Below, one piece after another: positions 44,646-56,450 of a stretch of DNA of 64,000 nucleotides. Location of the stretch: the IMG/VR virus record IMGVR_UViG_3300010373_000001, positions 51,611-115,610 of that record. One strand, given 5' to 3'. The stretch comes from a virus. The notes under the pieces were generated by a model. The model made no database searches. It saw only the letters and a program-made list of their open reading frames with translations, and was not told the DNA's origin. The translations under genes were made by a program, and so were the position numbers. Position 1 is the first letter of the stretch. Every line of letters starts with the position of its first letter.

Positions 44646-44924
44646 GTTCTGGGGCTGGTTCAGGTCACTGCTGGATGAACCAGCCCCGGTTCCTGACGAA
44701 ATTTACGTGGAAATCTCAGAGACGGAGGGCAGATGACTCACAGGGACAAAAGCGATCAGCCTCAGAAGCACAGGCACCGTAAAATGAGCAAGCGGAAGAT
44801 GTTCGATAAGAAGAACAGAACTAGTGACATCATCATTGCTTGCTGTATTGTTCTGGGAGTGGCAATCATCGCGTATCTGGTAGTTACAGGTGCCCATTTC
44901 GGCGGGAATATGTAGGAGGATGAA

Positions 44925-45326
44925 ATGAGACGACTAGCGTTTGGTGAAGTTCCGGAAGTAGGATCAAAGGTCCGGATTATTCATGACGGCAGAGTCACCA
45001 AGATGGAAAAGAACGCTCAGGGTAAAACCAGGATTTATGTTCAGCCCGACTATCGTGGTGACGAAGTTATCCCGTGGACCTTCTTTGTTGAAGGTGCAGT
45101 GGATCGAGCAGCCCCGGAATTTCACGTAACAGAAGAGGCACCCCGTAAATGGGTAACTGGTGCTATGTACTGTTCTCCCGGAGCCGATCCTACTGGGAAT
45201 GCTTACTATCTTCGCAGGAGAGATGGATGGAAGGCTGTATCGAACGAGGAAATATTCCACGACGGCAGCGTATACCTTACGGAAGGATTCCTCCGCAAAC
45301 TCAAGATTATGGAGATTAAGAAGTAA
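44925..45326 (+). CDS. Divergent WPP-GD family relative
   Basis: VGSKVRIIHDGRV...PRKWVTGAMY...YYLRR.DGW. Confidence 0.55.
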   Translation: MRRLAFGEVPEVGSKVRIIHDGRVTKMEKNAQGKTRIYVQPDYRGDEVIPWTFFVEGAVDRAAPEFHVTEEAPRKWVTGAMYCSPGADPTGNAYYLRRRDGWKAVSNEEIFHDGSVYLTEGFLRKLKIMEIKK

Positions 45327-45777
45327 ATGTTTATTCTATTCGCGGAAAAAAAGGAAGGCGTGTTCCTGTGCGGAGTTAATGCAAACCTGATGGTTTTCTC
45401 CGCACAGCTAGGGATCAGTGCAGATGACTGGTCTAGGCACGAGTCAGAGCACGGTGAGTTTTACGAGTACCTTCCTATGAAAGCTGACGAGCCGCTGTGC
45501 TACGTAGCTTACTGGGTCAATTCAATGAGTCCAGTTCTAGCGGAAATTCCCGTCGCTTTTGATGACGAGATTCTGGACGCATAGGCAAGGAGAAAATTAT
45601 GCTTCATTATGTTTTCGGTGTAACGCTGGTTATCGGTAGCCTGATGTGCCTAACTGGTGGCCGTCATAAGACTCCCGCCAGAAGCCCGCTGCTTAAAGTT
45701 GCCGGGGTTATGCTTGCCGCAGGGGCAGTACTAATCGCTATCTGAACTAACATCAAACGAGAACGCAGGAGGAAATA

Positions 45778-46149
45778 ATGTCTGATACTTACAGCAAGGG
45801 TGATAGGGTTACCGTCACCTATTCGGGCACAGTCAAGGGTACTGAGATTCTGGGTCATGGCCTCGGCAGGGGTTATGTCATCAGGACAGATGATGGCTTT
45901 GAGCATACCGTTCACGCATACGGATGCTCAGGCATTATGCAGAGAGAGAAGCCTCAGAACTGGCCTCCTCGTCCGGGCGATGTTTGGACTGCAAACGGAA
46001 TGGACTGGTATGCAGTTCACGCAGATGATGGTGTTCTTATGGTGCCACAGAATCTCAGGACGTATACCTCATGCAATCCGGAGAAGCTGAGTACCGCATA
46101 CTCAAACGTTCATATCAAGATCAGGGGAACCAAGTTCTTCGCGGAGTAG
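45778..46149 (+). CDS. WPP-GD family protein
   Basis: KGDRVTVTYSGTV...NWPPRPGDVW. Confidence 0.7.
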   Translation: MSDTYSKGDRVTVTYSGTVKGTEILGHGLGRGYVIRTDDGFEHTVHAYGCSGIMQREKPQNWPPRPGDVWTANGMDWYAVHADDGVLMVPQNLRTYTSCNPEKLSTAYSNVHIKIRGTKFFAE

Positions 46150-46707
46150 AACAAAGAATAAGGGCCGGGAAATGTTTCCCGGCCCTTTGGGCGAGGGAGG
46201 ATAAAGATGGCACAGCTTTGCACGGTATGCAATCAGCAGTTCACATTTGAGGAAGATCCTGACGAGCCAGGAACCTATGTACCTAAGTGCGGCTGCCCAT
46301 GATTACTAAAGTTCTGGGAGCAATCACCGCTGTCGGCTTCTCTGTATGGTTCATATGGATTCTATGCATGGCTGGACTTGCAGTGACAGGAGTGATTCCG
46401 TTAGCGGCAACCAGAAACGAGAACATTCTTGTCGTCGCCGGATTTGGAGCAATTTTGATGATGGCGGCATTGACAGGGATCAGCACAATTTTCACAGGAG
46501 GTAAAGATAAATGCTAACAGTATTAGCGATAGCCGGTGCAGTTCTGATGGTTTTCACATTAGGGTTGCTTGGAGGTGCGGCCGAAGCTGCGCTGAAAAAG
46601 CAGACTAAGCTGAGAAAAGACAGAGCTAAAGCTGCACTGATCTGCGCACTGACAGGAGTCGCCTGTTTCGCCTTTGTGATCTTTACGGCAGGTCACGGAG
46701 GGCATTA

Positions 46708-47100
46708 ATGGAAGAGTACGTATTTAATCCTTACACCGACAAGATCACAAGAGGGAAATACCTGAAAAACGGCCTGCTGGTTATGCCGGATAATGACTAC
46801 GGCAGGAAATACGGTGGCTGGGGCAGGATTGAGGAAAGAAGTCAGCAATTTGCCAGGGTTACTCAACTGGAAGTGCTTTACGACAAGATTCAGTTTGTAG
46901 GAGCCTGGGATGATGGTTTCCAGCATGGGATGACATATGCGGCTGATAGTTTCTGGATTACCAGAGGCCGTGAGCTAACCGGAAATGACAGACTCAAGGA
47001 AATGGCTGATCGTGCCCATCTTGGCAAAGAGCCGTGGGGAATTTACCAGTTTGATGTTCGTGGAGTGCGAACAGGAAGATTCTGGACCGAGGAATACTAG
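46708..47100 (+). CDS. Hypothetical protein
   Basis: 130 aa packed ORF. Confidence 0.55.
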   Translation: MEEYVFNPYTDKITRGKYLKNGLLVMPDNDYGRKYGGWGRIEERSQQFARVTQLEVLYDKIQFVGAWDDGFQHGMTYAADSFWITRGRELTGNDRLKEMADRAHLGKEPWGIYQFDVRGVRTGRFWTEEY

Positions 47101-47108
47101 GAGGAAAA

Positions 47109-47480
47109 GTGGCAAAGTATGCAGTTGGAGACGAGATTGATGTTAGGTTCACCGGGATCATTCGGGGCATCGATGACAGCCCCCTTCTGGGTGAATGCTA
47201 TCGGGTTGAGAGCAAGAACTCCATGTATGAGCATCACATTTTCGTTGATGCCGACTGTGATGGGGAAGAGGATTTCGTAAGAGGGAATCCTGAGTACTGG
47301 CCACCGAAGCCTGGTGATCTATGGGCTACTCCTGGTGGCACTCTTTACTTCGCCAAGAAGTCAAGTTCTGCTGATATGACTCTTCTGACACCATCTGATG
47401 CTGGTGGTTCATCAGTTTACAATGACAGCTTCCTTAAGAGGTTCCCTGAGGCGCATCTGGTATTCCGGAACTTCTCATGA
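47109..47480 (+). CDS. WPP-GD family protein
   Basis: VGDEIDVRFTGII...YWPPKPGDLW...HLVFRN. Confidence 0.7.
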   Translation: MAKYAVGDEIDVRFTGIIRGIDDSPLLGECYRVESKNSMYEHHIFVDADCDGEEDFVRGNPEYWPPKPGDLWATPGGTLYFAKKSSSADMTLLTPSDAGGSSVYNDSFLKRFPEAHLVFRNFS

Positions 47481-48182
47481 CCGAGGAAAGCCAGTCAGCA
47501 AGAGACCGCAGGAATATAGACAAGATCACCGCTGACTATCTTGCTTCTGCCGGAAACAGGTTAAGCGGACTCGATCTTGAGGAAATTGGCATGGACGGTC
47601 ACGATCTGGCTAATCGTGTGTGGAGAGTCGTGGAGTATCTTAGGACGAGAAATGTCAAGCCGGGAGATTAAGGCCATAGGTATGCGACCAGGCAGAAGAT
47701 ACACAATCGAGATTCCCTCTGATTTCGCGGGAAGAATTGATACCGCCTATGACGATCCCATGTGGACTGATCGTGTCGGCGTCTATGGAAACCCTAACAC
47801 AGCACCACTCGGAGTCAGTTTTCAGTCGATCACACTTAGGTTCAGTCAGCTAAATCATGGAAGCTCAGGACTGAAAGTCATTGAGCATATCGACTGGGAA
47901 AACGGTGCTGTGTACAAATCTAAGCACTCAGGAAAACTTTACATGAGAAGGTCAGATGGCTGGCTTGTTCTTCCGGCCAGTGGATCAAGCTCATACTATC
48001 TGGAAGACAGCCTTACCAAATGAATTTCGAAGTACTGATTGGTAAAGCTGGTGGAAGAAAAATGAAAGTCCCGATGTGCAACTGCAAGTGCGACGATTGC
48101 CATAAAGCAAATCAGGCGGGGAACATGCATTTCGGGCACTGCAAAACAGGCGAATGCAGAGTACTGTAACTAGGAGGATCAA

Positions 48183-48548
48183 GTGGTAAACAGAATGGAT
48201 GTAGGCGACAGGGTAACCGTCAGCTTTACCGGAGTGGTAGAGGAAGTAAGAACCCACGATATGCCGCTGGGTATCAGGCATGTTGTAAGAAGTGACACAG
48301 GCTCAGCACATATGATTTTCGATCAGGCTGTGGGCAGAGACTTCACAGTAGAGAGGGCGGCACCGAATTACTGGCCACCGGAGAAGGGTGATGTCTGGAA
48401 AGCTGATAACGGCAAGCTCTTTTTCGCAAGAGCTACACCCTCTGGTGAGGTTCAGCTTTACGAGGGCACGATTTCCCGTGGCGGCGAAGACAACGAGGAA
48501 GTTCGAAAGCTCAATCCAGGTCTTCATCTGGTTTTCCGTAATCTGTGA
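48183..48548 (+). CDS. WPP-GD family protein
   Basis: VGDRVTVSFTGVV...YWPPEKGDVW...LHLVFRN. Confidence 0.7.
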   Translation: MVNRMDVGDRVTVSFTGVVEEVRTHDMPLGIRHVVRSDTGSAHMIFDQAVGRDFTVERAAPNYWPPEKGDVWKADNGKLFFARATPSGEVQLYEGTISRGGEDNEEVRKLNPGLHLVFRNL

Positions 48549-49511
48549 TGGACTATTATGAACTGACGGCTGATTTTGATAATCACAGAACTGGCCTGAG
48601 GATTCATCTTGAGGGAGTACACGGTATCAGCCCTTTGGCAACGTGTACTCCCGTCAGGGATATTGTTACCCATCTTGAGATTCATCACGAGCCAGGAATT
48701 GAGCCAGACGAGTTTTTCCCATATGGAGATAAGATATGAGACTATTCAGGAGACGCTACCCGGAAATGTCCAGAGAGACAAGACGACTGGTAAGAGCAGC
48801 TAACCGGGAAGCAAGAAGGCTGAACCGTAAACTGAGGAAGAAGAAAAAATGAAATCAGCTAGGCGTATGAATGACAGTGAGCTAGGAGCAGCATTAGCTA
48901 TGAATTGCGTGTGCTTAGCCCTGGTGAATTCATCAAAGAAATTTACGGCTAAGGCAGAAGAACTCAGAGGAACAGCAGCAGGTGAAATTTACCTGACGAT
49001 TGCTGAAGAGCTTTTCGCCCTTCAGCGGGATATCGAGAGCAAACTTCCTTAGGAGTACGATGCTAGGATTCACCAGAAGGCAGCAAAGAGATCTGTGGAG
49101 AGCCACAGCTAAGGCTAAAGACAGAAAAGGCGATAAAGCCGGGGCCAGAAGAGCAAGGCGGGCAGCCAAGCAAGCAGGAACCCGGTTGAGAGATATCAAC
49201 GGAAAGCCGTGGACTGATTAATGCTAGTTGCAGACATACTGATAGTCGCTGGCATCATTTCTGTCGTATGCGGTGTTATTTATGCGGTCAGGACTAAGCG
49301 GGCAAGCAAAGATGATTGAGAACAAAATTTACCGCGACCCGAAAACGGGGGAATGGGCAGTAAAGATCAGGTCAATGACTTTTACGCTCAATAAGGATTA
49401 CTCCCTTGAGGCTGTTAAGCAGTGGCGGGATAACGAAATTGCCAAGTGGGATAAGCGGGATAAAGAAGAAGCTGATTTTGCTAACGCGATGGCAAGAATG
49501 GAACTGATGGA

Positions 49512-49958
49512 ATGAAAGCAAGTTTAGGGGTATTTCAGATATTGCCTGCTACCCCGCTGGAAAGAGAAAAAGTGTCAGAAAAGATAGCAGAAGATCCTGC
49601 ACTGAATAAAACACATAAGTTCGAAGTAGACATCACGGTAACTTCCGGGGTTGAGAATACTCCCTGGACGTTTAACCTGAAAGTACAGTCAGCTTATGGA
49701 TTAAACCTGGGAACCGATACTCAGGGATTTCTTACCCTGTCCCGTCTTGTTGCAGCCGGGGCAGATGAATTTTACCGCTGGCTGGACGAGAACTGGACTG
49801 CTGATCTGGTTATCATCATGGACAATATCAGGTTCATAGTCAAGAACTGCACGGCAGAAACTCTCTATTACGGCCCGCTGGACAAAGCTGATAATCAGTA
49901 CCTAACCGAATCTCTTGAGGTGAAGTACGATCTGATCCTCCCGTCCTACCGAACGTAA
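49512..49958 (+). CDS. Hypothetical protein
   Basis: 148 aa coupled ORF. Confidence 0.5.
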   Translation: MKASLGVFQILPATPLEREKVSEKIAEDPALNKTHKFEVDITVTSGVENTPWTFNLKVQSAYGLNLGTDTQGFLTLSRLVAAGADEFYRWLDENWTADLVIIMDNIRFIVKNCTAETLYYGPLDKADNQYLTESLEVKYDLILPSYRT

Positions 49959-50204
49959 TGCAGTACCGTATGAGGCAGATCTACCAGCTAACCGATAATA
50001 CTGAGGATGGCTGGTCGGACTGGAGAGATCTGCCGGAATTTATGACTATCTCTAACGAGTGGGGCTGGACCCAGATGCAATTCCGGGAGAGTGAATAATG
50101 AAAACAGCATACGTAATTTTCCACTGCCGTCATTGCACTAGTAATCATCTAGAGCCTAAGGTCTGTACTGAAGGTCACTGCATAGGCTGCCAGCGGGAGA
50201 CAGC

Positions 50205-50792
50205 ATGAAGATAATTAATTTCGGCCTTGACGAACTTGACGTAACTGGTGAAGTCAGGACTAAGGAAGTAACAGCAAATGGTGAGCGTACCGGGATTGTA
50301 ATCTACCTGTATGACTCTAGTTACAGAGTCAGCGTGGTTAATTCCGCTGGCCGTGCGCTAAGAACTGAATACGATACTGCGGACGAATTCTGGGCGGATC
50401 TAAGGAGAGTCTATAAGATGAAGAAACGTAAAAGAATATTTATGTGGTCGTTTCTGGCCATTCAGGCGATTTTCGTAACATGGATAGTAGCAGGTGCAGC
50501 TATGGCACATAACGCACCTTCTGCGGCAGAAGTACATAGAGGATGTGATAACGGAGGATGGCAAGCTCTGTACTCTTCACATGCCGATTGCATGACTCAC
50601 TATGCATCCTTACTTCATTCGGCCGGTGATGCGGGAACAGCACTAGGAGTAGGTTTAGTTATCTTCCTATGGGTAGCGGCGGATATTATCCTTGGTGTAT
50701 CCAGACTGATAGTACTAACCGCAAGAAAGCACTCATCACCTAGTATTGCGGAACAGCCGCAGGCTATTAATCCAGATAACTACATAGCGTAA
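50205..50792 (+). CDS. Two-TM membrane protein
   Basis: KKRKRIF followed by TM, Cys-flanked loop, second TM. Confidence 0.6.
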   Translation: MKIINFGLDELDVTGEVRTKEVTANGERTGIVIYLYDSSYRVSVVNSAGRALRTEYDTADEFWADLRRVYKMKKRKRIFMWSFLAIQAIFVTWIVAGAAMAHNAPSAAEVHRGCDNGGWQALYSSHADCMTHYASLLHSAGDAGTALGVGLVIFLWVAADIILGVSRLIVLTARKHSSPSIAEQPQAINPDNYIA

Positions 50793-50831
50793 CCACTATC
50801 GGTATTTCACCTATGGTAGATTACGACACTT

Positions 50832-50864
50832 AGGCCCTTAAGGTATCCCCTTAAGGGTCTTTTT
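50832..50864 (+). terminator. Intrinsic terminator ending the rightward block
   Basis: aggcccttaagg-tatccc-cttaagggtct followed by a T-run. Confidence 0.7.
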
Positions 50865-51888
50865 GCTATACAGAGAGTAACCATAATCGTCTCCTAGCCA
50901 TAAAAACACTGTCTAAAATAGCCGATTTTCATGAAATTTGTGAATAAGGTTCCTCTAGAGCAAGATACTGTGATCATCAAGTTAATAATATCTACCAGAA
51001 TTTCCTGGCCCCCTGGGCGATTTGTCCGTTTTGTTTGATATGGGGGGGTCTGGTGTGTTGTGTCCTATTTGGGTGTATGTGGTATAAAATGATGATATTT
51101 GGGTATGAGTGGCCTGTTATGTATGGATTTAGGCTACTATGTGCTGTTTAGGGGGTATGTTATGAGTTGTGAGTTATGCCAGGTAATATGTGGTTTGGGG
51201 CATATGCCCACTAACTCCTGGTATAGCCTGCTATGTATAGCTATGTACTAGTATGAGTACAATGCACTAAATGTCTGATTCCCCCGCGAAATTGTTTAGC
51301 TGGTGGACTGTTAGCATGGGTAATGAGTTGGTTAGCTTAGGTAATGAACGTCTCAGATGGCCTGTAACAAGATCAACTAATGGGGGGTAGGGCATTACAC
51401 CTAGAACATGATCAAATAGCCTCAGCGTTGATCCTGGCGCGATTTAGAGGGCATTGGGTAGGCATGGACCTAGCCCGGAATCGTCTAGGCATAGGAAAAG
51501 CCCTAGCCTGGCAGGCAGGCTAGGGCTTATGTCCTGTTTTATGCGGTTACAGGGTAAATGTCCGCATTGCATCATCATGTACCGCATTGCGGCAATCGTA
51601 CGCAAAGAGAGCGGTTTCCTTTTTGCCGCAATCGTCGCAATAGCCCGGAATGCCCTTGCTTGCGTGCCGTATGGCGAATACAGCGCTGTTGAGGCATATT
51701 CCCGTTCTGCGCTTGTATGTGATGATTGCGTCAGATGTCCGGAATGCCCTGATCATGTCCATGATGTCCGGAAACGACTGCGGCGGGCGGTATGTAACAG
51801 TTTCGGTCACATAGCCCCGAGGTGAGATAGAAACGGTGTGATTGATCTCATATGCCATGACTTGCTCCCTATATCCTGGTTTGGGTGG

Positions 51889-52356
51889 TTATGACTGGTT
51901 TGAGGGGCATTCGGTGCAGATGTCTGATTCGCCCCACTTCATGCAGGTTTGGCACTGAATCATACCGATTTCGCGGTAAAGTGCCTCTTCCGCCAGGTTT
52001 GCGATCTTTGCGGCGTTATGGGCGGCGTATACCGCTTCGTCTGAGATGTCCACATATGATGCGGTTTCAGCATCGATGATAAGAATGGGCTTGTCTATCC
52101 CCTTCTGGGCCATTTCGTCCGCTCTGTCCGCATAGTGCCATGCTGCTACGGTATGGGCATCATTGAGATCATTTGTGGAGTAAATCCACGAATTAGTCAG
52201 ATCGTACCCTTTGGCCGATTCGCCCGGAACATACACCGAACGATCGAAATGCACGATGTGATACCTTTTCGCCGTAATTTCACCGTAAAGGTTGCTCTGT
52301 ATCTCATTCATGCGAATTGAGCCGATCTGGTGTGCTGTGATCCAGATTGCGTCCAT
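51889..52356 (-). CDS. Hypothetical protein with C-terminal CxxC pair
   Basis: 155 aa; RBS GAGG. Confidence 0.55.
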   Translation of the reverse strand: MDAIWITAHQIGSIRMNEIQSNLYGEITAKRYHIVHFDRSVYVPGESAKGYDLTNSWIYSTNDLNDAHTVAAWHYADRADEMAQKGIDKPILIIDAETASYVDISDEAVYAAHNAAKIANLAEEALYREIGMIQCQTCMKWGESDICTECPSNQS

Positions 52357-52618
52357 TGTCCTGTTTCCTCTCGGTTTGGGTTGATTGTGCCAGGATCAGG
52401 CGACTTGTACCAGAATGCGCTTTACGTTGCGATTTGACTGGATTATGCCCATAGGGTCTATTATGTCCAGTGCGTACTTGATTGCGGCGGTTTCGTCCGG
52501 AATGGGGTGAACGTCCGGGTTGAGGTAGAATGTCGGGATCTGCGTGTTATCGCCCGAGTTGTACTCGATTGCGGCCATAATGCGGTACATGTCTGTTTCC
52601 TCCTGTTTTGTGGTGATA

Positions 52619-53020
52619 TCAGACGTACATGGGATTTTGCGCCATTCCTGGCAGCATGTCCGAAATGTCCTCGTTGCCCTCTTCGTCATACAGTGCGCCT
52701 TCTGCCCCGATAAATGCATTCTGGGGCCATCCGAACCACATAGCCGCTATGTCGCATTCGTTCTTGAATGAGGCATATTCGGCGGTCTGGTATGGCATCA
52801 CACCATTACGGTTAAAGAATCCGTTCTGTATGATTTCGCGGCGGCATGAGAGCAATGCACCGATTTCAACCAGTTTGATCCACATTGGGTTGAATTCATC
52901 CGAAAACATCTCATTGTGCGGGGTCTGTGCCGTTACGCGGTCGATTGTCTCGATAAGTGCCCAGATCTTAGGAAGTGAGTTGATCTGAGCTATATCTGCC
53001 TTGATGGCCCGAATGTCCAT
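52619..53020 (-). CDS. Hypothetical protein
   Basis: 133 aa ORF. Confidence 0.55.
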   Translation of the reverse strand: MDIRAIKADIAQINSLPKIWALIETIDRVTAQTPHNEMFSDEFNPMWIKLVEIGALLSCRREIIQNGFFNRNGVMPYQTAEYASFKNECDIAAMWFGWPQNAFIGAEGALYDEEGNEDISDMLPGMAQNPMYV

Positions 53021-53221
53021 TTTGTCCCGTTTTCCCTTCGCTGCTGGTCTATCCCGCGTGCCTACGTGAGAAACATATCAAACCCTAGGTCAGAGCGTTA
53101 TTTAGAACATCATTCTTGCATAGTCGCAGGCCAGGAACTTAATTCGATTGTCCGGATTGACATATTTTGACCTGATATGCCAGGTTTCACGGACCAAGAT
53201 CAGCAAGTGATTTAAGTGAAT

Positions 53222-53461
53222 CGTTATCAATCTGTTACTGATCACCGTTACCTGGCTGTTACAAAGCCCTCAGATCGATTCTAAGGCTTAATGATCATGG
53301 ACCTAGGCAGTCATACCAGGACCATGATCAAAAACGCTTACGGGCCATCCTGGGGCCGTCTAGGGCATACCTGCTGGTGATGGCCTAGGCCAGTAGCGGC
53401 AGGCATAGGCCAGACATACAAATAGCCCGGACTAAGGATCGATCCTTAGTCCGGGCTATTC
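53222..53461. repeat. Long intergenic dispersed repeat, copy B
   Basis: Ordered blocks CGTTATCAA, GATCGATTCTAA, CCATGATCAAAAACG, GGGCCATCCTGGGGCCRTCTAGGGC, AAATAGCCCGG hairpin. Confidence 0.8.
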
Positions 53462-53731
53462 GCTAGGCCATAGCTACCCCGTTAACTACTCGCATAGGTA
53501 GCGCTAGTTCTATCCGTGTTATGTGCGCCTCATTAAAAGCGCTGCGGATATCTTCCACGCTATCCGCTTGCACAATCATAGAATGATGTGCGCCCGTGCT
53601 ATCCGTGCAAACAAACGAGCATGGACAGCTAGCAGTTTTCTTGTCTGCCGGATTATGGTTAGCGTCACGCGGATACTTAAACGTGACTATGTATATGTCT
53701 CTTGTGCAGTCCATGATTATTGCCCCTATTC

Positions 53732-56146
53732 CTAGAACTTACGCCGCACACCGTAGCGGCCTATTGCGCGGTCCAGTACTTCAGTGATGATTGATTCATC
53801 ATCGCCATCGGGCACCGAGCCATCATTAACGGCATCGCATACTTTACGCTTAGCCTCGATAAGCTCAAATAGCCACTCGTCTATCGTGTCAAGGCCGACC
53901 AGATACCATGCGGTTACGGTATCCGTCTGGCCGATCCTATGTGCTCTATCTTCCGCCTGATTATGCGTGCCAGGATTCCAACCCTGTTCTATGAATAGCA
54001 CGTCACTAGCAGCGGTTAGTGTGTGCCCTTCCCTAGCGGCATCTAGTGACAGAACTATGACTTGTGATCGCCCGGCCTGAAATTCTGCCTTGTGATCTTC
54101 TGTAATACGCTGGTCCTGGCCGCCTAGGATATGCGTAACGTTGATACCACTAGCCTTAAGGACAGCGATTATCTCATGCTGCACCTTCTTGTGTTTTGCG
54201 AACACAATAAGCTGCTTGTCTGTCTCCAGAAATTCGTTTATCCACTCTAGGGCCATCTCGATTTTTGCATTCCCTACCGCCATACGTAGCGCGTTAAGGT
54301 AGACCAGTGCTTCAGCCCTAGATTCTGCCGCTTTCTCTGCACCTTCCTGGGCCATACGCTCATAAAGTGCCCGGCTGGATTTAGTCAACTCGATAAAGCG
54401 AGGTGACCTAATCTTGCGCGGGAGATCTTTCAGGACATCTTTCTTAAGGCGGCGAATCATGCAAGACATCCTAAGCCATCTATGCAATTCCTCCTCATTA
54501 GACGAACCTGTGAAGGATACGCGGCCTTTATAACCCTGCTCCGGCTTACAGAACTGATATTTGAACCATGCGGCCGAACCGATAACGCTAGCGCTAGGGT
54601 TATCGGAAAGAATACCCAACACCCTAAGCGGTTGCACTAGTTCTATCGGACGGTTAAGGATAGGCGTTCCCGTCATACACATAACCAATGCATCATCGGT
54701 CAGACTCGCCGGGATCTTTTCGCCATCCTTAGTGACACCTTTACCGCATACCTGAAGTATTGCGGCAGTGCGCTTTGCTTTGTCGTTTTTGATGTAGTGT
54801 GATTCGTCCGCTACGAATCCCTTAAAGAGAGGCATAGCGTCTAGATATGAATCGACCACACCGTATGGCATGATCGTGATATCGGCATCACCGATCATGA
54901 ATTCATTACCAACCATGCGGAAGGTAAAAATCTCTGTTGACCGATGCGGTATTAGTGCCTTAATCTCCCGCTCCCAATTGAGCACTAGAGATGACGGACA
55001 GACTATAAGCGCGGGGTATGCTTGCACAGTTTCCAGCGCTGATATTGCCTGCCATGTTTTACCCAAACCCATTTCGTCAGCGAGTAGGGTATGGAATGCA
55101 TGCGGCCGGTTTTCATCTAGTGAATAAACTACCCCGGCACGCTGATATGGCCTAAGCGCATCGGCCAATGCCATATCCATACGGTCGGTCGTTTCGGCCT
55201 TAGATGCTGACACAAATTCATCAGCTTTCTTTGCCGCTGCCTCTACTGCGGCGCGCTTAGACTCAATAAGCGCGATAGCGTCATCTGAAATTGTTAGACC
55301 GTACTTTTCCACTAGGTCTAGTACGGAAGGCAGAGCAGATATGTAATTGACCTTAGCATAGCCATCCCACTTACGGCCAGGAATTGCGCGGGTGACAGTT
55401 AGCGGGATCTGATTCCATTCTGTTGCAAGAATCAGGGTATCCGAACTGTCATCCTTTACGGTGATGTTATACCGTGTTTCTTTCTCTTCAGGGATAACCT
55501 GGATTACTGACGGACCACTAAGCGCGCGGCGATCCGATTCGCTAATGGTAATCAGCGGATTGTTAAGCACGGTGCTAGCAGTAACGGAATTAACCGGGCC
55601 GTCCCATGTCTTACTGGCACGGTTAAAGGTAAATCCATTTTCCCTAAGCTCATTCCGCACTTCATAAGAGTTATAGACCTTAATAACTCCGTACTCTATA
55701 GAGATGTATGGCGCATGCTGCTTAGCATATTCTCTCTGCCAAGCCTCATGGTGCCCATTCTTGCTAACAGTTGTTTCGTCTATGTCACCAGCAGCGGTAA
55801 GAATATCGTTAATTGCTGGCACGATATCGATACCGTAACTAGATAGCTGATTTGTGTACTTGCGCAAAACCATTGCGCTAGTGATCAGCATTTCCTCTGA
55901 CCATTCACCAGACGGGATATCCGCCATACGCTTACCGAATTTGGTATCTGTTCCGTTAAAACCTATACCGTCCCTAGTAAGCGCGCCGTCACATACTCCG
56001 GCGAGTGAACGCATAGCGTATTCAATTGTCCCGACTGATTCGAGCGCGTATTTCGCTGAAGTATCCACGGCTGATTTTTCCCTTCCTATTAATGACACAT
56101 GAATAACGGGCCGCACATAAATATCAGTAACGGGCCGCAAAGTCAA
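53732..56146 (-). CDS. SNF2-family helicase (SMARCAL1/HARP-like)
   Basis: LRPYQ, ADEMGLGKT, DESH, TGTP..NRP, IRRLK and QAEDRAHRIGQ motifs; true start may be slightly downstream. Confidence 0.9.
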   Translation of the reverse strand: MTLRPVTDIYVRPVIHVSLIGREKSAVDTSAKYALESVGTIEYAMRSLAGVCDGALTRDGIGFNGTDTKFGKRMADIPSGEWSEEMLITSAMVLRKYTNQLSSYGIDIVPAINDILTAAGDIDETTVSKNGHHEAWQREYAKQHAPYISIEYGVIKVYNSYEVRNELRENGFTFNRASKTWDGPVNSVTASTVLNNPLITISESDRRALSGPSVIQVIPEEKETRYNITVKDDSSDTLILATEWNQIPLTVTRAIPGRKWDGYAKVNYISALPSVLDLVEKYGLTISDDAIALIESKRAAVEAAAKKADEFVSASKAETTDRMDMALADALRPYQRAGVVYSLDENRPHAFHTLLADEMGLGKTWQAISALETVQAYPALIVCPSSLVLNWEREIKALIPHRSTEIFTFRMVGNEFMIGDADITIMPYGVVDSYLDAMPLFKGFVADESHYIKNDKAKRTAAILQVCGKGVTKDGEKIPASLTDDALVMCMTGTPILNRPIELVQPLRVLGILSDNPSASVIGSAAWFKYQFCKPEQGYKGRVSFTGSSNEEELHRWLRMSCMIRRLKKDVLKDLPRKIRSPRFIELTKSSRALYERMAQEGAEKAAESRAEALVYLNALRMAVGNAKIEMALEWINEFLETDKQLIVFAKHKKVQHEIIAVLKASGINVTHILGGQDQRITEDHKAEFQAGRSQVIVLSLDAAREGHTLTAASDVLFIEQGWNPGTHNQAEDRAHRIGQTDTVTAWYLVGLDTIDEWLFELIEAKRKVCDAVNDGSVPDGDDESIITEVLDRAIGRYGVRRKF

Positions 56147-56160
56147 TACCCCAGCAGCAC

Positions 56161-56439
56161 CGTTATCAAACCGTTATAATCCTGGCTGACGGCGCTAGGA
56201 TCGATTCTAACAAGATCAACTAGGCCGGGCCGTCCGATCACCCTAGGTCCATGATCAAAAACGTTCTAGGGCCATCCTGGGGCCATCTAGGGCTAGCCTC
56301 AGCTTGCCAGGCTATCCGCTGGCAGGCCATCCGTGGGCGAATTGCCCGGTTTGCCAGGAATGTCCTGAAATGTCCTTTTCCTGGCTATAGGCATAAAGCA
56401 AATAGCCCGGTTATCTCTCACGAGATAACCGGGCTATTT
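56161..56439. repeat. Long intergenic dispersed repeat, copy C
   Basis: Same ordered blocks as 53222..53461. Confidence 0.8.
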
Positions 56440-56450
56440 ACCGGCGAGTT

